DNA from: Folioceros fuciformis
Taxonomy: Eukaryota
NCBI GenBank assembly: GCA_049999805.1
Contig: JBNGIO010005952.1
Span: 1 to 45,170, forward strand
DNA: 45,170 nucleotides
Reading direction: 5' to 3'
The notes under the pieces were generated by a model, which was given only the letters and a program-made list of their open reading frames with translations, searched no databases and was not told the DNA's origin. The position numbers were made by a program, and so were the translations under genes. Of the stretch, positions 36,413 to 45,170 are shown in pieces. Each line of letters starts with the position of its first letter. The first letter of the stretch is position 1.

Positions 36413-37890
36413 CGGCGAGCCAAGGAGGTCTCTGTGATGAGTAGGTGGTTTGCGGGCTTGGCGATCACGTTTACCATCTCCAATGTGTCTGGTCACGGGG
36501 ATTCCAGCAGACGCGGAGACCTGTGTCCGACTGAAGCAAAGATTTTGCGGCGCGAAGACTCTAGGTTGCAGCGTGACGAGGATGGCGCCAGCGGCCTACG
36601 TATGTATGTTTGGATGTGTGTGCGCGTGAGCAAGTACAAATTGGAGAGTAATAAAGGGGTTGCTTGCGTGGTGTGGCCCAAAGAGCAAGGTGGAAAAGGC
36701 CAACCCGGAGCCCGTCCGAGCCAGTGCATGAAGTTTCCATGAGCCATGTCCGTATCACTTGGGCAGGGGTCGGCCCGACTCCCGGTGCCTGTGGACAAAG
36801 CACGTCGGAAGGTAGCTGGCCGGCAACCGGGTCAGCCGGTTCCGCTGGTCTCGACGGTCGCTCCTTGAACGGCACGCGGCACACAGCCTGCTTGCAGTTG
36901 CGGCTGCGATGCTATCGCCGCTGCTGCTGCTGGCGTTGCTTGCCTGCCAGGCCGATGCCGCCTTCCCGGGCCGCCCTCGCTCCAGCCCTCTTCCTCTCTC
37001 TTCCAATCTTTTCCTTGGCATCCCGACATGAGCCACGGATCCGCCGAAACTCACCACCCTCGACATTGCCTTCTTAGAACGCGCTCTCCTGTCTGAATTT
37101 CCGCATGCTACTTTTGCTATCGGGCAAGACAATGTCGTGCTAGCCTTCTGTTCCCACAGCTCGCGCATTTCGCTGGGCAGGACACTGGAATTCCGCTTTC
37201 CTCTGACCACTGGCCTCTCACTTCACGGCGCTCGTCTCCTCTGTTTGGCGCTTCTGCTTCTTCGCACCGGTGGGATCCGATGCCTTTGTGCGCGTTCTAC
37301 GGATTTGCGACCTCGTGCTGTTCCTCCTGTTCCGCTTCTTCTTCCTCCCGATCGACGGCCGCGGGTTTGCGAAGCATTTAGGATTGGGGGCCAAGTTCAG
37401 TGTGCAGCTGCGGAAGGCGGCAGCTTTGGTGATGGGGAGCGGGTACAGGTGTCTTTGTCTCGGTCTTGGTTGTGGACAGCAGGATTCGTGAGTTGGGGCC
37501 CCTGCATTTTTGTGGGCGTTTGAAGAGATTTGAGAATATTGAGGCTCTGGCTTTGGGGCCCATGGTGGTGGGGAGAACCACATGTAGCACCTTAGCTCTC
37601 ATCAGCGGATGTTGCATGCGGCAAGAGAGATTGTGGACTGTGTCGTGCGTCAGCCACTGCTCAAGTGTCGGGGTCGCTCAGGCATTGAGCGTAGGAGGCA
37701 GGGAGTGTAGGTTGCTGCTGCTGGAGGAACGCGAGGCCGGTGGTAGTGAATGTCCAGGTTTTGGATTGCACACCTGTGACGCTGGGCAAAAATCACGCAC
37801 CGCGATAGCCATAAAGCTGTGTCACTGGATATCGATTCAAGCTGGAACGGGGCCGAGTCTGGCACCCTAGAGGTGAGGGTCCACTGCGAG

Positions 37891-40663
37891 ATGGGCTCAC
37901 CCTGGGGTGCATCCAACAGTGGAGAGCCTCCCCCCACCAGCATCATGGCTGGGGGGAGGGACATGGCTCAAGTTATCCTCAGCCCCAGGGTGTCAGGCAC
38001 GAAGAGTCCCGGAAATCGCTATCGCTCTCTCTCCTTCAAGCGGATACATCCCTCTGATGTGTTTACCCCTTTCAGAGACGACATGCCTGAAGTTGATGAA
38101 TCGGGGCTAGCTGGGTATGCTCCTGAGGGCAAGAAGATACATGCCGTGGACCGAGCACGCTTCTACGTGTTGCTGGAGTTTGTGTTTCGTTGCTATGGGC
38201 GATTAATGTCGTTGCTCAGCTGTAAATCTAGATGGAGGCGCGCACTGTTTGTACTTTTGGGGTTACTCAGTCTCGCGCTCCTCGTTGTAAAAATATTCAC
38301 GGTGATGGGATTGTCAGAGGATTTTCATGATCCAGCGGGTTTTAAGGTGAGTTCGTGGCTCCTCCCTTGCCTCTTCATGATTTACCTGTGAGCAGCATGC
38401 AAAACTTTGGTGCCTTCAAAGTGTAGCAAGTTTTCCTCTCATGCTTTGTAAATGTGTGGTTCTTAGTGTAATTGTGTGGGTTTTCTTTGGGAGGAAAACC
38501 AGACTGTGGTATTCGATGGTGTTCTGGAGTTAATGTGCACTCTGTTCGCCGCGGATTTGCAGACATGGCGAATGTCTGAGGAGGCCCTTAAAGCTGTACA
38601 TCCAACAAGGGATCTAAGTACTGTGGATAGCAGCGAGGCAGAGGTATGTTGTTGTGGTGAATGGAATAATGGTAGTGCCTATCAGGACGTATATTCAGCT
38701 CCAGGCTACCTTGTTAATTGTTGCCCTTGGAATATGTCTCTCAGATTTCACTATTGGAAGAAAAACTATGGGTGAAACCTGAAAGTGATGGATATGAGCA
38801 ATGCATCGAGCGTTCTCGGAATTACAAAAGTAATCTTGCACTTGTATGTTGCATGTAGCAGCGTCGTAGTAGACGATGAACTCATGACGAACTCCTGCTT
38901 GAGATCGAGGGTATTCTTGTCTTGAACCGACAGCTTCATGCTTGAACTTGTGCCACAGGGGGGGGGGGGGGTACTAATGGATATATATTGGTCAAGGCTA
39001 ATGGCGGGTTGAATCAGATGCGCACAGGGGTAAGGTTCATTCCATACTTGCCTGGTTATGGTCTTGGACTTTTTTTCTTTGGTAATGATTGGATTCGCTG
39101 CTTGCATCTGACATCTGCTTGTTGAACAGATTTGTGACATGGTTGCCGTGGCGAGAATTATGAATGCCACCCTGGTTATACCTTATCTAGATCACAGCTC
39201 TTTTTGGAACGACCTAAGGTTTGGGATGCTCGCTTATACTTCAACGACTACCTTTCAAGTGTAGCAAAAAGCGCTTTCACTCCTTCCTAACACATTTGGT
39301 TGCTATCCGTTGCAGTGAGTTCAAGGACATTTTTGATGTGAGATACTTCATAGATAGACTCAAAGAGGATGTGAGGATTGTGCAGTCTTTACCACCATCT
39401 CTGGCTGACATTACCCCATATACAAAAACTCCCGTCTCCTGGTCCAAGGTCAGACAAAACTATTGACGAACTAGAGTTTGACAAAACTCTCTCCACATGT
39501 TTCGATAGATGCAAAAGTTGAGATTTTTTCTCTAATAGGTCTTATTTTGTTGGCAGCATACTTACTATAAAGAGGAGCTACTGCCTCTGTTGAAGAAGCA
39601 GAAGGTCTTGTACTTCACTCATGCTGATTCAAGGCTCGCAAATCATGACATACCTGAATCTGTCCAACGTCTGAGATGTCGCACAAATTATCGTGCGTTG
39701 AAATATACTGAGCCTATTGAGAAACTCAGTCAAGTGATGCTTGAAAGGTTACGCTCTCAAGGCCCCTTTATCGCTCTTCATTTAAGGTAAGATCTAACGT
39801 CGGGTGCATACCAGTTGTAGGATGATGGACAACAAGCCCGTCTGAAACTCAAACTGAATGGCCTGTGGGTTGTTGCAGGTACGAAAAGGACATGCTTGCT
39901 TTCACAGGCTGTTCCCATGGCCTTTCTGAGATGGAGGCAGAAGAACTGCGAGAAATGCGTTATAATGTGAAGCACTGGAAGGAGAAAGAAATAGATGGTG
40001 AGTTGAGACGCAGGGAAGGTGGTTGTCCCCTGACTCCTCGTGAAACAGCTATGCTGTTGAAGGCCTTGGGTTACCCAAGCGACACAACCATCTATATTGT
40101 AGCTGGTGAGATATATGGCAATGGCAGCATGGCTTCACTGCAAACAGAGTTCCCTAATGTGTATACACATGACATGCTTGCAACTGAGGAGGAGTTATCA
40201 CCAATCAAACGGTATCAAAACAGGCTTGCAGCAGTGGACTACACGCTGGCTTTAGAGAGTGACGTTTTTGTCTACACATACGATGGGAACATGGCGAAAG
40301 CTGTGCAAGGTCATCGACGATTTGAAGGCCATCGGAAAACCATCAATCCTGACAGGTACGAGTTTCCATCTTTGACCTCCTTTGTGTTTCTTTTTTCTCC
40401 TTAGTCATCTGACTCTGGTTGTTGTGCTGTGCAGGCAAAGTTTGGTGACGTTGATCGATGACTTAGACTCCGGCAAGTTCGAATGGGAGACGTTTGCCCG
40501 GGACGTGAGGGAAATCCATGAGCCTAGGATGGGTGCACCTCACGAAAGGATAGCTGGTGAGTTCGCCAAATCCGAGGAGAACTTTTATGCTAATCCCTTC
40601 CCCGGTTGCATATGTGAAAGGAAAGTCAGGACGGATGCTACGAGGAGACTACTAAAAGGGTGA
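37891..40663 (+). CDS. Plant O-fucosyltransferase-family protein (GT106/DUF246; OFUT19/FRB1-like)
   Basis: Spliced motifs [130 protein letters not shown]. There is a TM anchor near 38240-38310. The start ATG is uncertain. Confidence 0.92.
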
Positions 40664-41276
40664 CCAAGTGTAGGCCAAATTTTCATCGCGTATTCATCAA
40701 TGTACCGAAAAATCTTGTATGCAATCAGGGATGGTTGCGAGTGTAAAGGTGGGAGGGGATTTTAGGTGCAGACTGCAGTCGTCATAGTTCGTACTCACCT
40801 GTGGGGCCCCGAAACCTCGTTTGCGATGTTGAGAAGACCTACTGGCGACTGGGTATTGGAGTTTGGACAACACCTCAGGTAATTGGCCGTAGCTGGATTA
40901 CGGGGTCAAGGAGCAGCTGGAGGTCGTTAGATGGCCCTAGCCACCACCAATGTCATCTTATTTGGAAGTTTCGGGCAGCGACTAGTATTGAAGCGCTCAA
41001 ATCGTGCATGCCCACAGAGGACTCCCAACTAACACTAAAGCTTCCTTCCGTCAATACAACGACAGTCTACTATCACGAAGTAAAAGCGCTACTATTCCTA
41101 AGAATTGGTGCGACCTCTACATTCAAGAAATTAGGAGTCTTGCTCCCAAAACCTTTGTATCCTCACCGGTTGTCGGTTGTAAGCCCGAAGCTCAAAAGCA
41201 ATATGCCTCTCTTTTGGTACTACGGACCATCAGGGTAACCTTTTGAAGAAAAGTCTTTCGGAACAGAGTTTTATCT

Positions 41277-41376
41277 GAGTGGATAGTTTAGATAATGTAA
41301 CATATATGTAAGTTCAATATTGGGAGGAGTAGATAGTTTAGATAATGTAACATATATGTAAGTTCAATATTGGGAG
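41277..41376. repeat. 50-bp tandem duplication
   Basis: GAGT(G/A)GATAGTTTAGATAATGTAACATATATGTAAGTTCAATATTGGGAG x2. Confidence 0.92.
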
Positions 41377-41577
41377 CCGGTTGAATCGCCTTAGATTAAA
41401 TATAAAAAGGACTAAATATATTATCACATGCATGATACAAAGTATAACATGAAGCCATTTTTTATTATTGAAAAAGAGATGGAAAGTGTTATTTTCTATT
41501 ATTGAAAAAGGGTGGAAAGTCCACCTACTCCAAACATAGCAAAAAACAACCAAAGATAGACCAAAGGGATAATAGTC

Positions 41578-41801
41578 CATCATTCTCAAAAACCGTACTA
41601 GCCCCTTCGGACATCATTCTCAAAAATCGTTCTAGCCTCTTCCAACATCATTCTCAAAAACCGTATTAGCCCCCTTCAAACATCATTCTCAAATACCGTA
41701 TTAGCCCCTTCAAACATCATTCTCAAATACACCGTATTAGCCCCTTCAAACATCATTCTCAAATACCGTACTAGCCCCTTCGAACATCATTCTCAAAAAC
41801 C
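41578..41801. repeat. 34-36-bp minisatellite, ~6.5 copies
   Basis: CATCATTCTCAAA(A/T)ACCGTA(C/T)TAGCCCCTTC..A starts at 41578, 41612, 41646, 41681, 41715, 41751 and 41785. Confidence 0.93.
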
Positions 41802-42276
41802 TTTCATTGCTCGCAAAATATCATGATGTTGTGAAATAGCAAAGGGCCTACCTATTACTAACATGCCAATCCACTTGTGCCGATTAATACTAGTTATGGA
41901 TGATATACATGGGTAAGAGAAGTAAGAAGTATATAATTATTAATCAATTAAAACAAATAAAAAATCTCATCTACCCCTAAGACGAGGAGGAACAACTTGA
42001 AGAGGGCCATAGAAAAAGGACTAGCCCCTATAATAATAGTCTTCTCGAAAAAAATTACCAAAATTTTCTAAAAATTCCAAAATTGTTCACTCATGTATTC
42101 AATCCGTGTTTCAAGGCAAATTAGGCAAAAAGTGTATGCAAGAGTCCAAGACGTGAACATGCGTGCACAAAAATATGTAATTACATAATGACAAGTTTAT
42201 GTATGTACAAGTAAATACATACTAAGATGTTTGACTACCATCGAAGTGTGTGAATGGGTAGCTTGTCCTTGGGGGG

Positions 42277-42519
42277 TGCTATGAGAGCCTAGCTTCGCAT
42301 CAAGTGTGTAATTGAGGGCTTTGCAACTTTGACATCGGCCAAATAGGTTGTGTTATGAGATCCTAGCTTGGCATCAAGTGTGCAATTGAGGGCTTTGCAA
42401 CTTTGACATCACCTAAGTGGCAAGTGCTATGAGAGCTTTGGTTGGCATCAAGTGTGCAAACTGCTATGAGAGCTTCGTTTGGTATCAAGTGTGCAAACTG
42501 CTATGAGAGCTTATCAAGT
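42277..42519. repeat. Degenerate 74/37-bp tandem repeats
   Basis: The core TGCTATGAGAGC..GCATCAAGTGTG occurs 5 times; the first two copies extend with TTGAGGGCTTTGCAACTTTGACATC. Confidence 0.8.
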
Positions 42520-43834
42520 TTGAATTCACATTCATTCTTTTGATCAGGAAATTACTAAATCTTAGGGTTATGGGGTTAACCCCAAAACCCTGGGATTCCT
42601 CATATAGTGGCCATACCCACTCTCGTTGTAGGCTTCCTTCGTCCGTCCCCATGAGCAAATGTGCTATCCTCAGTGCCCATTACTGAATACTATTAGTAGT
42701 AAGAAATATGGAACAAATAGAACAGGGTAACAATTTCCTCAAAATGAAAGACCCTAGTCCCTTAAAAGAATTTGCACAACAAGGCTCTGTGAGCCGGGTC
42801 TGGAAACGTCATACTGAAAACTTGTTTGCCACTCAGAAATCCACACCGACATCAGAAAGCTAGGTCTATAAGATGGGCAAGCCCATCTTATAGCCCCTAG
42901 CATGCTGTCTATTCTAGGCTAGGTACCGAGGTGTGGATGGCTTTGTTAAAGCAGAAAAAACAAAAAAGGAGGTTCTGTTAGTCTAACATTTGGCTAGGAG
43001 GAAATTGCTCAGTTCTCTACTTGATGCTCACATCCCAATTTCATCATCCTTCGCTGATTCAGCCATCTTTCTAGTGTCTTTTGGAGCGTCATATAGAATG
43101 TGAGATAGAGTCGTCAAGGTGGGATCATTTATTCCCTTAGAAATTGCTCGAGATTTGTTGATTGGGTCTACATTGTTTCGTAGATGAAGATGCTCTGCCC
43201 TTTGGGCCTTCAAGATACTTGGGGTCTCAGTTGGCATGGACTGGATGGTCTTATCCACCTCCAAATGTTGACCTTCCTCTCGTGTAGGACAACCTATATC
43301 GCCTATAGGTTTGCTCTTTGACTACAAAGCAACACCCTTCACAATTTTCTTTATGCCCTTATCTCCTCTATGGGGGTATTGTCCTTCTTGAGTTATTGAC
43401 CCACAAGATCTGTAGGAGGCTCTTCTTCTCCTTTTGTGGGTCCACTAATTGCAAGTACCTCCTAGGTAGGTAGGTTTGCCAAATCAGACAAAGTCTCTAC
43501 AACTTCTTGAGCCTATTCTTCCTCCTTATTCTATGGCACTTCCTTCCATTCAGAATCACTAGCATCCATATCACTATCCTCCTTCCACTCTATCAGTTAA
43601 TCTTATCACTATTGCCAACCCATTTGGTTTTGGAGGTCCTTGTCATCTTAATCAAGACCACCTTGCTACCAAGAATCCAGTACTTAAAAAATCAAAGACC
43701 AAGGAATCCCGCTTCCTTCAAGAATCTCAAAGGTCTAAAACCTTGACAATTCCGCTTCTCCTTGTCCTTTGAAAAGCCGAATCTTAGTATCCAAAAAGCT
43801 CAAAAACCTTGCAAGGTGGTTGTTGCAAGTAGGC

Positions 43835-44599
43835 TTGTTGTGCTATGCCATTAAATATCACACTTATGCATGGTTCATTAGTTAATAAGAAATCACACCA
43901 CACCACATTACACACACATTGAGCATTGCTTGATGATACTATAGCTTTATAAGTGAAGCATTTGCCTCCTTCAGACACTACAAAATCTTCACCACCTTCA
44001 TCCACACTTCTTAGAGATGTAACTTGGCTTCTCAAATCCACAACCAAATCACGTGGTCTTGCAAACTACGCACATCTTAATATGATTTCCAAGTAGAGAA
44101 TGCAATCCAAAATGATACACTCAAGAGAGTGCTCTTTCAAGAGAAAGCCTATTCCAGATAATACAAGCTTATAGTTGCAGCGAACACTAGTAAGCTAGTC
44201 TTTCTAGAGAATACAAGCTTATAGTTGCAGCGAACACTGGTAAGCTAGTCTTTCTAGAGAATACAAGCTTATAGTTGCAACGAACATTGTTGGGCTAGTA
44301 TTTTATGCCTACTATTTGAGGCTTGCTACAACCATGTCTACACATCTAGTTATTTTGTGTTGTGCAGCTAAACATCACACTTATGCATGGTTCATCAGTT
44401 AACAATACTCATACCACGCCACATTACACACAAATTAAACACTGCATGATGGTGCTGTAAGCTTGTAAGAGTGAAGTGTTTGCTTCCTTTAGAAACCACA
44501 AAATCTCCTCCACCTACATCCACACTTCTTAGAGCTATAACTTGGCTTCTCAAATCCTCGATTGGGTCACATGATCTTGCATACTGAGCACACGCACAT
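43835..44599. repeat. ~240-bp imperfect direct repeat (43835-44075 / 44355-44599) flanking a 50-bp tandem array (44160-44290)
   Basis: Shared ATCACACTTATGCATGGTTCA...CCACATTACACACA...ATCCACACTTCTTAGAG...TAACTTGGCTTCTCAAATCC. The inner unit AATACAAGCTTATAGTTGCAGCGAACACT.GTAAGCTAGTCTTTCTAGAG occurs ~2.6 times. Confidence 0.85.
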
Positions 44600-45012
44600 T
44601 GAAGGATCACTAGGGGAGCCACATGATGAAGGAGGAGGGGAGCCACATGATAAACGAGGAGAGGAGAAAGAGAGGTCTCACACTCTCACAATGTCTCAAC
44701 TACAAGGGAGCTCAAGGGGGTATTTATACCCTTTAGAAGAGCTCCCAAGGAAGCTTCAGAAGAATTGCATAGGAAGCTGTGCAAGAAGCTTCCTACAAAT
44801 TAGCTTAAGCTAATCTAAACAAATAATACTTAACTAGACACTAATCTTGGACTAAACACATTAGTCTAAGCACATTGGGCTTTAATAACCCTGCAACCTC
44901 CCACTTAAAGGCCAATTTACCTTCATAGAAGAGTGGTCTACCTCATGCCCATGAGTGTCCGAGCTTGTGCGAATTGGTCCGTAGAGAGCCCCTTGATAAG
45001 AATATCTGCAGG
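44600..45012 (-). mobile_element. Third copy of the copia LTR (3' LTR 44600-44895) with PPT and RNase H terminus, truncated at 45012
   Basis: Reverse-complement match to 25541-25944, including PPT AAGTGGGAGGT. Similarity stops abruptly at 45012. Confidence 0.92.
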
Positions 45013-45170
45013 TGTGGAGGCAAAACCCCGGGCACTGATTGCCAATGGGTTCCACCTCTAGTGGCCACACTTATCCCACTGTCGTTGAGACATTGGGTTT
45101 CGTTCCCACGAAGGAGCGATGGGGTTCCTTGCTGCTGTGGATGGAGGGTCGGACTTGATCGACTCGATGA

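Noticed and set aside
36430-37880. Many short GC-rich overlapping ORFs between the NLR-like and GT106 genes
   Set aside because: No domain or consistent exon chain; likely promoter, 5' UTR and first intron of the GT106 gene.
40801-41246. 145-aa ORF downstream of the GT106 gene
   Set aside because: GTG start, no recognisable motif, and no supportable splice model.
41578-41801. 34-bp repeats resembling a CRISPR array
   Set aside because: Units are head to tail with no unique spacers, the context is eukaryotic, and there are no cas genes. This is a minisatellite.

Overview
Eukaryotic (streptophyte/plant-type) nuclear DNA with short GT-AG introns, GC-rich genes and AT-richer decayed repeats, plus two 100-N gaps (785-884, 31239-31338). 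Eight protein-coding genes could be modelled by hand: a secreted parallel beta-helix protein resembling bacterial GH141-like proteins (minus strand, 3199-5196), a plastid DUF3531 protein, two tandem GT92 (GALS-like) glycosyltransferases, a UTr1/UTr3-type nucleotide-sugar transporter, an intronless TFIIH p34/TFB4, a non-TIR NB-ARC-TPR (NLR-like) gene, and a GT106/DUF246 O-fucosyltransferase-family gene. The 19.5-32 kb and 41-45 kb regions are TE/repeat territory and include a decayed Ty1/copia element. Three observations stand out. (1) The NB-ARC-TPR gene encodes its TPR sensor as six consecutive symmetric phase-2 exons, about one repeat per exon, behind a possible RPW8/MLKL-like N-terminus. 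(2) The copia element's two LTRs share one 5-bp TSD but point in opposite directions, which indicates a ~9.1-kb inversion with microhomology breakpoints. (3) The beta-helix gene looks bacterial-derived. All gene models and family calls come from manual reading and motif recall, not database searches.
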